From an uncultured archaeon (GTDB lineage: Archaea; Asgardarchaeota; Lokiarchaeia; Sigyniarchaeales; SOKP01), in assembly GCA_964388035.1 (NCBI GenBank), contig CAYLZE010000004.1:32001-96000 (forward strand): a DNA stretch of 64,000 nucleotides. Reading direction: 5' to 3'. A model generated the notes under the pieces. The model ran no database searches. It was not told the DNA's origin and worked only from the letters and a program-made list of their open reading frames with translations. Position 1 is the stretch's first letter, and the number at the start of each line of letters is the position of its first letter. This document shows, in pieces, positions 10,765-19,984 of this stretch. The position numbers were made by a program, and so were the translations under genes.

Positions 10765-11316
10765 ATGGAAGAAAAAAATAAAAGTAAAGAAATAGGAAAA
10801 TCTAATCTCGATTTTAAAATGATGTCGTTCATGTTTAAAATAAGGGATTTTTTCAAATCCCCAATAGGAAAGATTGAAAAAGCGGGGATTAAATCTGGAG
10901 ATATAGTTCTAGATTATGGTTGTGGGCCGGGAAGCTATTCAATTGCTGCTGCAGAACGTGTGGGGGTATTGGGCAAAGTATATGCTGCAGATATTCATCC
11001 GCTTGCCATAAAAGAAGTAGAAGAAAAAGCTAAGAAAAAGAAGCTTACCAATATTGAAACGATTAGAACCGATTGTAACACTAATATAGCAGCCAATTCT
11101 GTTGACATAGTTACTTGCTTCGATGTAATGCATGGATTGAGTAATTCAAGTGATGTCCTGAAAGAGTTTCATAGAGTATTGAAACCCGGGGCAAGATTAT
11201 CGCTTGACGACCATCATTACACGGAATCGGAAATCATTTCAAAGGTTACTCAGAATGGATGGTTCAAGGTGGGAACTGCTCAAGATGGATTTATTAATTT
11301 CATAAAAATAGAATAA
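10765..11316 (+). CDS. Class I SAM-dependent methyltransferase
   Basis: VLDYGCGPG, VYAADI, HRVLKPGA. Confidence 0.9.
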   Translation: MEEKNKSKEIGKSNLDFKMMSFMFKIRDFFKSPIGKIEKAGIKSGDIVLDYGCGPGSYSIAAAERVGVLGKVYAADIHPLAIKEVEEKAKKKKLTNIETIRTDCNTNIAANSVDIVTCFDVMHGLSNSSDVLKEFHRVLKPGARLSLDDHHYTESEIISKVTQNGWFKVGTAQDGFINFIKIE

Positions 11317-11357
11317 AAAATTTTTAATTACAAAAAAGAATAATTGAGGGGAAATTT

Positions 11358-12122
11358 ATGGAAGAAAAGCCTAAATATGGTTGGTATGTCAAGAGTCTTA
11401 TCGTGACATTCATTCCAATTGGACTGGTAGGTCTTCTGTTATTAATTTTTGGCATTATCATTAGAGCAATCATTGGATTACTTTTAATCATTGGGGGAGC
11501 AGCTCTTATCGTATTCTTTTTATGGCCTGGTCTTGGAATGATGGCTTTAAATCTGAGTCTTAAGGAAGCTTTTGACATGACTTCAAGAATGCCTGCATTA
11601 CGTGAAATTAAATCTCCGGAGATATTGGATGTAGGATGTGGTACGGGACGTACCGCCCTTAAAATTGCTAAGTCCTTAAAGAATGGAGGACATTTATATG
11701 GAATCGATATCTATGAAAAGATGGCTATATCAGGAAATGCATTAGATACCATCTTAAAAAATGCCGAGTTAGAAGGAGTACAAGAAAAAACCACCTTTCA
11801 ATTTGGTTCAGCCACCGAAATTCCATTTGAAGATTCAAGATTTGATATTGTTAATCTATCTTCTGTCCTTCATGAAGTCCATAATGATGAAGAAAAAATT
11901 AAGGCATTAAAGGAAATCTATAGGGTTTTAAAACCTGAAGGATATTTATATATAGGTGAATGGAATAGAATTGCTTGGCAGACATTCATATTCACGGGCA
12001 TCTTCATGCTTGTTTTTAAAAGTAATCGATATTGGCGAGATTTATTTGCAAATCAAGGTTTTAAAATTCTAAGTTATAACAATGTGAACGGTTATGGAAT
12101 ATTCGAGATGAAAAAAGTCTAA
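11358..12122 (+). CDS. Membrane-anchored class I SAM-dependent methyltransferase
   Basis: Two N-terminal TM helices; ILDVGCGTG, YRVLKPEG. Confidence 0.9.
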   Translation: MEEKPKYGWYVKSLIVTFIPIGLVGLLLLIFGIIIRAIIGLLLIIGGAALIVFFLWPGLGMMALNLSLKEAFDMTSRMPALREIKSPEILDVGCGTGRTALKIAKSLKNGGHLYGIDIYEKMAISGNALDTILKNAELEGVQEKTTFQFGSATEIPFEDSRFDIVNLSSVLHEVHNDEEKIKALKEIYRVLKPEGYLYIGEWNRIAWQTFIFTGIFMLVFKSNRYWRDLFANQGFKILSYNNVNGYGIFEMKKV

Positions 12123-12305
12123 TATAATACAAGATTTTTTTAATTGTAATTTAACTCTTAATTTTTTGTTTCTTTGCATCATGATTACTTGTTTGAACAT
12201 GCTCTCTTTAAGTAATCACTAGTTTGTTAGAATACTCTCACTATTCCGAAAAATAAAAATTAAAAGTATAAGGATTTATGCTAATTAATGAATTATATCT
12301 TTAAA

Positions 12306-12339
12306 ATGATTTTTATGAATTACATAACAAAAATGAAAA
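12306..12339 (+). promoter_or_regulatory. Second copy of the 9-bp-periodic operator
   Basis: atgatttttatgaattacataacaaaaatgaaaa matches 10427-10460 at 29 of 34 positions without gaps. Confidence 0.5.
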
Positions 12340-12609
12340 AGTGCAGCTAATAAACCATTTATTAAATTTCTAATCAAGAGCTTATTGTTCTCCTCTGGAC
12401 AAGCATACATGAAAAAGATAAGTTTTAATATAAATGATGACTATTAATTATATTAATACAATGTTTAAAATATTCTATTTCTTAAACATAAAATCTTAGT
12501 ATCAATATTCTATTAAAAAATAGAGAACGTCTATTACTTATTATTTTTGTATAGAAAAAATATGATAATTTCCCAAATATAGATTAATATTAGGGTAAAG
12601 GTATTAAAT

Positions 12610-13545
12610 ATGGAAAAAATATTTCAACAAAATTTAGAATCCGGTAATGAAACTCCAAATGATGAGAACAAAATAAGTCTAATCCAAATCCCCCAAATGG
12701 AAGTAATGGAGGAACCCTTGTCGGTAATTGAAGCTACTATCTTGTCTTATGAAAAGGAAAAGCATTTATTTTACAATTTACCGAAATACTACGATATGGC
12801 CTTTGATAGAGATTTTGATAGTGATATTGAATTTTTCGAAAGATGCTTTCGGGAGTATTCAGAAGTGGAAGTCCATCGAATATTAGAAGCGGCATGTGGA
12901 ACGGGAATGTTCATGGAAAATTTACCAAGATATGGCTATCAAGCAGTAGGTTATGACCTTAGTGATGCAATGGTGGAATATTCTAAATTAAGATTACAAA
13001 AGGTCGGTCTGAATACGAAACAAGCGGATGCGGTTTTAGGAAACATGAAAAACAAGCTATTTGATGAAAAATTCGATGCAGCTCTTGTATGTATTAATAG
13101 TTTAGGATATCTTACCAAAGAAAACGATATAATCTCCCATTTTGAGGTCATGGCTCGAAATGTCAAAAAAGGCGGGCTATACATCGTTGAAATCAGTTGC
13201 ATGTGTAATGATCTTGCAAATGAAAAAAGAGCTGATGAGCGATGGCTCATTGAAAAAGAGGGAATAAAATTAGAATTGTCATGGAACCCTTGCTCTTATG
13301 ATGTTCCCAACCGCATTCGACACGTGGAGTTTCAAATGCTAATTAATGATCATGGAAACATGATGGAAGTAAAAGAGGACCATGAGTTGCGATTATGGCT
13401 GTATGATGAGTTTAAGCAATTCCTATCTCATGGTGGATTTGAAATAATGGCTATCTATAATCAAAAGTATGAAAATATACCCCTTGATGCACCCATCACG
13501 GGAGAATTGGGCGTTCTTTTTTACGTGTTAAAAGAAACGAAATAA
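12610..13545 (+). CDS. Class I SAM-dependent methyltransferase
   Basis: PKYYDMAF, ILEAACGTG, GYDLS, KKGGLYIVE. Confidence 0.9.
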   Translation: MEKIFQQNLESGNETPNDENKISLIQIPQMEVMEEPLSVIEATILSYEKEKHLFYNLPKYYDMAFDRDFDSDIEFFERCFREYSEVEVHRILEAACGTGMFMENLPRYGYQAVGYDLSDAMVEYSKLRLQKVGLNTKQADAVLGNMKNKLFDEKFDAALVCINSLGYLTKENDIISHFEVMARNVKKGGLYIVEISCMCNDLANEKRADERWLIEKEGIKLELSWNPCSYDVPNRIRHVEFQMLINDHGNMMEVKEDHELRLWLYDEFKQFLSHGGFEIMAIYNQKYENIPLDAPITGELGVLFYVLKETK

Positions 13546-13702
13546 TAAAGGAGATTTTAGTTTTCTTTCGTTTAATTTTAACATCTTATTATATAAAAGT
13601 TAATATTGCATTTTTATTTCAAGATTTTTACGATCTACTTTTATATATCTTTAGATCAATGTAAAATATATTGAAAATCTTAATAAAAAGAAATGAATTG
13701 AA

Positions 13703-14656
13703 TTGCATGCAATGAACAATGAAGTAAAATTGAAATCAAATTATCAAAAAGAACTTTCCTTGGCAATTAAAATTGTTAAAAATTCTGCCAGAATCACAGA
13801 ATGGTTCCGATTGCGTGGTTATAATTCTTTTACTAAGAAAGATAATTCTCCCGTTACTCTTGCAGACTTTGCGGTTCAAATTTATGTCATTTCCTTACTT
13901 AAAGAGAATTTCGGGGGAGATCAGGTCATTGCAGAAGAAAATGGAACATTCCTAAAAGAAACGGATGAAAATGCATTGGAGGAGTGCTTTTCAGAATTAG
14001 ATATTTCTCTCTCATCAAATTATAGAGATCTCTTGAATTATCGCGGAAAAACGTCTAACCGCACGTGGACCATTGATCCCATAGATGGGACGAAAGGGTT
14101 CATGGAAAATCTTTATTATGCCATTGGCATGTGTTTTTTAATTAATGATCAACCTCAAATTAGTGCCATCTCTATTCCTGATTACGATTCGGCGGGATTA
14201 GCAATATTTATAGCAGAAAAAAATTTGGGAACGAAAATGTCGCAGGACGGAAAAGAATTTAAATCCGTCCACGTGAGTACTCAAAGTGTTCTTGAAAATG
14301 CATCCTTGATTCATTCTTTACATTTTGATAAACCCTGGGTCATTCACTTTGCAGACGCTGCACGAGTGAAAAAAAGAACTCAAGCAGATTCCATGATGAA
14401 GTTTTGCTTGGTGGCTGATGGGAGCTATGATCTCTACCTTAAACCCGTGGATGATCATCATTGTTCCATTTGGGATTATGCTCCCGGCTATTTGACCATT
14501 ATGGAAGCAGGAGGTAAAATGACGGATCTTAATGGAGACCCTATCACCTTTCATGACACGAAATTAATAAGCGGCACGCATGGTTTTTTAGTATCAAATT
14601 CGATATTGCACGATAAGGCTCTTGAAATTTTTAAAAAAAATCAATTTAATATCTAA
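13703..14656 (+). CDS. 3'(2'),5'-bisphosphate nucleotidase / inositol monophosphatase family
   Basis: KKDNSPVTLADF, AEE, WTIDPIDGTKGF, IWDYAPG..EAGG; real start probably ATG 13712. Confidence 0.9.
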   Translation: MHAMNNEVKLKSNYQKELSLAIKIVKNSARITEWFRLRGYNSFTKKDNSPVTLADFAVQIYVISLLKENFGGDQVIAEENGTFLKETDENALEECFSELDISLSSNYRDLLNYRGKTSNRTWTIDPIDGTKGFMENLYYAIGMCFLINDQPQISAISIPDYDSAGLAIFIAEKNLGTKMSQDGKEFKSVHVSTQSVLENASLIHSLHFDKPWVIHFADAARVKKRTQADSMMKFCLVADGSYDLYLKPVDDHHCSIWDYAPGYLTIMEAGGKMTDLNGDPITFHDTKLISGTHGFLVSNSILHDKALEIFKKNQFNI

Positions 14657-14659
14657 TCA

Positions 14660-15532
14660 TTATCGACCCTTAAATTCATATTGCTTATCTTGCTTTTTTC
14701 CCTTAAAAATCATCCACTTCAAGATTTCCAAACCTTCTCTCTTATTTCCGATCCCATTAATCTCTAAATATTTCTTTAAATTTCCTCGAATTTTTTTCTT
14801 CAAATTCTGATAATTTGAATATATCCTTTCGAAGGCATCAATAGTCTGGGCCTTCTCCACCTCCAGAATCGCATCAGAGAGTCTTTTGACAATTTCATTT
14901 AACATCTGCTCGCCTTTTTCAGCAGTCGAATGAGTTTTCGGGTCTATACCCCATACTCCATGCCTTATAGTCCTCTCGGGATAACTCAATCCATCGGGAA
15001 GATAATCTAAATTCACTTGATTTTTATTGATGGCCATCATCATGGAGGTCTCCCAGTAGGCAGCATGATCTCCAAAATAGTCCCGGTCGGGAATTAATTT
15101 CTGTTCCGGAATCCCTAACGCAAAACAATCAGCATGCTTTCTAGAAATCATCTTAGCTGCTCTCATGACCTGGTTGATTTGGCTGTCAGGGTAATGACCT
15201 GTTAATAGAATTATTATCCGAAAACCCATTTTATACAACTGTTTTACAAGTTTCTTGGTGTTTCTTATTAACGCGCGTTTCGGGAAATGAAAGGTGAAGG
15301 GAAAATTCATCGTATCGAATGCACAATAATTAACACAAGGAAATAATACCCCTCCCGTGATTTCTGCAGATCTTCTGCAAATCTCCTCTGCTTTTATGCT
15401 ATCCACACCTAACACCATGTGGTCTCCATGCCATTCCAGAGCACCAAATGGGATGTATGCAATGGCATGTTCTTCAAGGATCGCTTCAATCTCGCTCGGA
15501 AATGACTCCATGTACTTTATATACTTTTTCAT
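14660..15532 (-). CDS. Creatininase family protein
   Basis: PFGALEWHGDHM..GVD, TGH, DHAAYWETS. Confidence 0.9.
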   Translation of the reverse strand: MKKYIKYMESFPSEIEAILEEHAIAYIPFGALEWHGDHMVLGVDSIKAEEICRRSAEITGGVLFPCVNYCAFDTMNFPFTFHFPKRALIRNTKKLVKQLYKMGFRIIILLTGHYPDSQINQVMRAAKMISRKHADCFALGIPEQKLIPDRDYFGDHAAYWETSMMMAINKNQVNLDYLPDGLSYPERTIRHGVWGIDPKTHSTAEKGEQMLNEIVKRLSDAILEVEKAQTIDAFERIYSNYQNLKKKIRGNLKKYLEINGIGNKREGLEILKWMIFKGKKQDKQYEFKGR

Positions 15533-15674
15533 GGCAAAATCGATTTTTTAAAGTTAATTACCATCTTATTTATATATAATATGTTCACCTTTAGTCCTAT
15601 AAATCTTTATATTTGCCAAAGTTCTAATGAAAAACTATTTGTATTATTAAAAAACCTAAGTTAAAGCGGATCTA

Positions 15675-16220
15675 ATGAAAAAAACGCACACATCAGCAAT
15701 AGTCATTATCCCACCAAAAGATAAATGGACTCAGATTCAGAAAATTAGAAAAGAATATGACTCCCAATTCAATCGATGGATGCCCCACATCAATCTTATC
15801 TATCCTTTTATCTTTTATAATGATTTTCTAAAGTTGCGTGAAACTTTTATAACTCTCGGTACTAAAATGAAAGATTTTGATATTTCTTTAAACGATTTGA
15901 AATATTTTAACCACGGACATCAAAAATTTATCCTATGGCTTGATCCAGAACCTGAAGAGCCAATTATCGAGTTGCAGCGAAAACTTCTGACAATCATTCC
16001 AGAATGCAATGATTTAAATCGATTTAAAGGAGGCTATCAACCGCATTTGAGTGTTGGACAAGTGAAAAATAACGAGAATTTAAAGAGAGTACTTGAAACC
16101 CTCCAATCTAATTGGCAACCGATTAAATTTAGTATCGAAAGTATCTTTATTATTGAACGAGATCAAGAAAGTACCGCTTCCTTTAAGATCAAGGACGAAA
16201 TTACTTTTAGAGAATCATGA
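15675..16220 (+). CDS. 2H phosphoesterase (2'-5' RNA ligase family)
   Basis: Two His motifs, PHINL and PHLSV. Confidence 0.88.
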   Translation: MKKTHTSAIVIIPPKDKWTQIQKIRKEYDSQFNRWMPHINLIYPFIFYNDFLKLRETFITLGTKMKDFDISLNDLKYFNHGHQKFILWLDPEPEEPIIELQRKLLTIIPECNDLNRFKGGYQPHLSVGQVKNNENLKRVLETLQSNWQPIKFSIESIFIIERDQESTASFKIKDEITFRES

Positions 16221-16244
16221 CTAAAAAAGCAATTTTTCATGTGG

Positions 16245-17255
16245 CTAAAAAGAATTTGCTAACTCAAAAAGGTCCGAATAAATTTTAAGACAATCTCTCT
16301 TGTATCGCTTGGCTGCTAAACGACTCTTATTTCTCCAAATATTAATAGGAATGTATTTTTGATGCTCGTATAATAAATAAAATAAATCGCGAATTTTTGA
16401 GTTTAAGGTGTTTTCTCTAGGTATTCCATATCCTTCCCAGAAGGATGGTTGCGACATTCCGCAATAATCTAAAACAGCAAATTCTATTTCTGGATCTCCC
16501 CACAATGCACGATCCCAATCTAAAATACCTGTTATTCCTGCCTTCTTATTTACTAAAATATTTTGTACCCATATATCCATGTGCAATAAGCACGAAGGTA
16601 TTTCCTCCCTTTCCAAAAAACAAACTTCAGCTTTTCTTAAAACTTCCTTGAACTTTATGCATTCTTCTTCAGAGTAGATACCACAAGCAAGCACATCATC
16701 AATCATTTTATTCCACATTATTGTAAATGCGTCATACCATGTACTTTGTGGTTCCATCGGATGGTGCTCTCCTAAATATCCATATTGCGATGCTTGAATT
16801 CCGTGCACTTGCTTCAGATACTTCCCCAACGTCTTTAATATGTTCCGCCTCATGTTACTATTTAACCAAGAAGCATCACTCATTGCAATTCCCGGGAGCT
16901 TTTCCATTATCAAATAATCTCGATTAATTAACGTTCTGCTATTATCATAAACATAAATCTTGGGTACAGGAACAGAGGTGCGCTCAAGCACAACATTGTG
17001 AATGCTGGGCTCTTGAGCCATCATTCTCTTCTCATAAAAAAGAAGCCCCGTATCTTCCGGTGGAGCAATGCGTATGATCATTTCTTGTCTATCAATGGGA
17101 ATGGAATTTACCTCATCGATATTATGAGGAAATTTCACTATAAATGTATCATTAAAAAGACCCGTAGTAATCTTTACTAATCCTCCGCATTCCATTCCAG
17201 TAAATCTTAATATAACTTTTTCAATTTGCTCTATTAATTCAGGATCTTCTGTCAT
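16245..17255 (-). CDS. Aminoglycoside phosphotransferase/choline kinase-like protein
   Basis: LLHMDIWVQNIL, GILDWD, WGDPEIEF. Confidence 0.9.
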   Translation of the reverse strand: MTEDPELIEQIEKVILRFTGMECGGLVKITTGLFNDTFIVKFPHNIDEVNSIPIDRQEMIIRIAPPEDTGLLFYEKRMMAQEPSIHNVVLERTSVPVPKIYVYDNSRTLINRDYLIMEKLPGIAMSDASWLNSNMRRNILKTLGKYLKQVHGIQASQYGYLGEHHPMEPQSTWYDAFTIMWNKMIDDVLACGIYSEEECIKFKEVLRKAEVCFLEREEIPSCLLHMDIWVQNILVNKKAGITGILDWDRALWGDPEIEFAVLDYCGMSQPSFWEGYGIPRENTLNSKIRDLFYLLYEHQKYIPINIWRNKSRLAAKRYKRDCLKIYSDLFELANSF

Positions 17256-17534
17256 CTCCCATTTTCCCCCAAAAAGCCTAATTTACTATTTTAAAAACAA
17301 AGTAAACCCATTATATAATATTAAAAAAAAGTCTAAAATTAATAGGAGATATAAGATTTGACACGTTATATTTCCTATTATAGATAAGCTAACATGTTAA
17401 TTTCCTAATTTTTTTTCGAAAATTATTTATAACTAATCTCTCTTATAATTGATAAGAATTATCATAAATCGGTAAAAATTTATAACTATAATTAAATACA
17501 ATCTATTTATTAAGTAATTATCAGTTGATTCATA

Positions 17535-18101
17535 ATGAGTAAGAACGAGAAGGACATCGTTTTTCAAGCCAAAACAGAAAATATTTTTAAAGTATTGGTG
17601 CTGGGAGACCCATCTGTAGGCAAGACCAGCTTATTAACTAAATTTACCACTAATAAATTTACATCGCAATACATTGCTACTGTTGGAACTAATATCGTTA
17701 AGGAAGTTGTCGATATCAATATAAAAGGGAGAGATGTGCGCGTTAATTTGATGATTTGGGACATTGCAGGGCAACCTCAGTTCTACATGCTCCATAAGCC
17801 CTACTTCAATGGAGCTGATGCCATGCTTTTGGTTTTTGATATCACCCGCACATCTACGTTTAGTAATATAAACAACTGGTACAATACGGCCGTAAAAAAC
17901 GGATTGAGCGGCATACCCCGAATTCTTGTTGGAAATAAGATTGATTTAGAAGAAGAAAGAAAAATAAAACAACCGCATTCTCAACATCTTTCAGAAAAAT
18001 TAAACGCGGATTATTTTGAAACTTCTGCTAAAACCGGTACGAATGTGAAACCCATGTTTGAAAAAATGGCAAAGCTGTTGTTTTTGAAGTTTAATAAATA
18101 A
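17535..18101 (+). CDS. Rab-like small GTPase
   Basis: G1 GDPSVGKT, G2 ATVG, G3 WDIAGQ, G4 NKID, G5 ETSAK; no C-terminal prenylation Cys. Confidence 0.95.
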   Translation: MSKNEKDIVFQAKTENIFKVLVLGDPSVGKTSLLTKFTTNKFTSQYIATVGTNIVKEVVDINIKGRDVRVNLMIWDIAGQPQFYMLHKPYFNGADAMLLVFDITRTSTFSNINNWYNTAVKNGLSGIPRILVGNKIDLEEERKIKQPHSQHLSEKLNADYFETSAKTGTNVKPMFEKMAKLLFLKFNK

Positions 18102-18163
18102 TAAGAATTTTAATAGGTAAAGATAATTATCTATATCCTCTCAAAATTATCAATATACATGAG

Positions 18164-18781
18164 TTATAATAATTTACTTCTCCAAGCATCAATTTTTTCT
18201 TGAAGATTTTTTATGAACTCTTCCGATAATTTTTCTTCTGATTTGAGCTCTTGAATTACCTTATTGATTTCATAGAGCATTTTATGCCCTCCGGTATATT
18301 CAAAAATCTTTTCTTTTAAATTTTCTAATCTACTCTTCAATTCTTCGGCTGATAAATTGTTCAATTCCAATCTTATTTCATGGAATTGATTTAAAATGGG
18401 TCCTTTTGCTCCTATTTCCGAGACTTTCTGGTCTAATTGTTCATTTCGATTTTTCTGCATGGTTGGGGAAAAAGTAGATTTTTGAATGAGAGTTTTCATG
18501 AGATCAAGTTCTGATTCAATATATTTTTGATTTTCGATGATATTATTTAATTGAGGGGCCAACCCTTTTATTTGAATAGTGGCCTTATTCAACTCATCAA
18601 TTTTATCCGTGAGCATGTGGAGTTTCGAATTCTGTTGTCCGATTTTGGTGATTAAATCTAACCCGAATTTTTCAAGAATGGAAGAAAAGCTCTCCATCTT
18701 GTTCGTTAATGAAGTTATTTCATCTTGAAGGGTTTTCTTATCCATTTGATTTTTCTCTGGCATGCTATATCTTCCATTCAA
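18164..18781 (-). CDS. Coiled-coil protein with C-terminal helical bundle
   Basis: Heptad-rich N-terminal half, polar linker, then helical C-terminal domain ending IDAWRSKLL. Confidence 0.7.
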   Translation of the reverse strand: MNGRYSMPEKNQMDKKTLQDEITSLTNKMESFSSILEKFGLDLITKIGQQNSKLHMLTDKIDELNKATIQIKGLAPQLNNIIENQKYIESELDLMKTLIQKSTFSPTMQKNRNEQLDQKVSEIGAKGPILNQFHEIRLELNNLSAEELKSRLENLKEKIFEYTGGHKMLYEINKVIQELKSEEKLSEEFIKNLQEKIDAWRSKLL

Positions 18782-18945
18782 TGAAGATGGTACTTTAGAA
18801 TAAATTTATTAAGAAAATTCGATGATAAAAAGTTATATTAATAATAAATATATTAATAAATTAATATTTGCAAGATAAAAATAATTGCATCTGAGAAAAG
18901 CTAATATTATTTAGTTGAAAAATCTCCTAGTCATTTTGAAAAGAG

Positions 18946-19848
18946 GTGGTTAAATTCATAGAATATATCAATATTCTCACTAAAGATGGAAAATCGTTAT
19001 TATTCCGGAATTATGGGGATACTGAAATCGATAGAGATTTACTGGCAGGCTTTTTAAGTGCTTTTTCAGGATTCATGAAAGAAATCAGTCAATCCGATAT
19101 TAAATCTACAAATACAGAAGATTTTAAATATTTTTATACCATTATCAAAAGCATTATCATCGTGGTTTGTACGGATTTGACCGATGAGGATGATCAGGTA
19201 AATTCAAAAATAAACATGATCAAAGGTAAATTCATGGAACAATATGGAAAAATCATAGAGGATGGCAGCTGGTCGGGAAATAGGTCAATGTTCACGGACT
19301 TTCAGAGGGAATTGGATAATATTATTCTTGGTCAGATAAAAATCTCAATTATTGGATTTGGAGGAGTAGGCAAGACCACTCTTCTTCACTTGATATGCGG
19401 AAAAGATATTAATTTAGAATACGTGCCCACTATCACGGCAGACATCACTTCTTATGAAGGAGATGAGTTGGCAAATCAAGCTGTGGTCTTCTGGGACTTT
19501 GCTGGCCAAGCAAACTTCAGGAGTTTATGGGAAAGCTTATTAGATGGAACGGATATTGCGCTATTGGTATTGGATTCGACGTATGAAAATTTGAATTCTT
19601 CAAAAGATATTTTAATTGAAATATTAGATAAATATTATAAAAATACCTTAGTTATTGGCATTGCAAATAAACAAGATTTACCAAATAGATTAACTCCCGA
19701 ATTTTGTGAAAAAATTTTATCTTCCACGGACAGGTATCCACCGATCTCCGTCTTTGGGATGATTGCCATTAATCCCAATTATCGGGAAAAAATATTAAGC
19801 CTTTTAAGAGAAGCTATAAAACAAATCAAAATCAAGAACTTGTCGTAA
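18946..19848 (+). CDS. Longin-domain small GTPase fusion
   Basis: N-terminal about 125 aa with a longin-like pattern (ILTKDGKSLLFRNY..LLAGFLSAFSGF), then GFGGVGKT, PT, WDFAGQ, NKQD. Confidence 0.88.
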   Translation: MVKFIEYINILTKDGKSLLFRNYGDTEIDRDLLAGFLSAFSGFMKEISQSDIKSTNTEDFKYFYTIIKSIIIVVCTDLTDEDDQVNSKINMIKGKFMEQYGKIIEDGSWSGNRSMFTDFQRELDNIILGQIKISIIGFGGVGKTTLLHLICGKDINLEYVPTITADITSYEGDELANQAVVFWDFAGQANFRSLWESLLDGTDIALLVLDSTYENLNSSKDILIEILDKYYKNTLVIGIANKQDLPNRLTPEFCEKILSSTDRYPPISVFGMIAINPNYREKILSLLREAIKQIKIKNLS

Positions 19849-19984
19849 ATATAGAACCTTGATTTTTTCACCCTTGCTTCTAAGTAGAATGAAAATTCTT
19901 TATTTAGATTAATAGTTTTGAATAAGAAACTTTTTTTAATTTAAGACATATATCTTATTAGCTTAATATTTTGAGGTAGAATGA

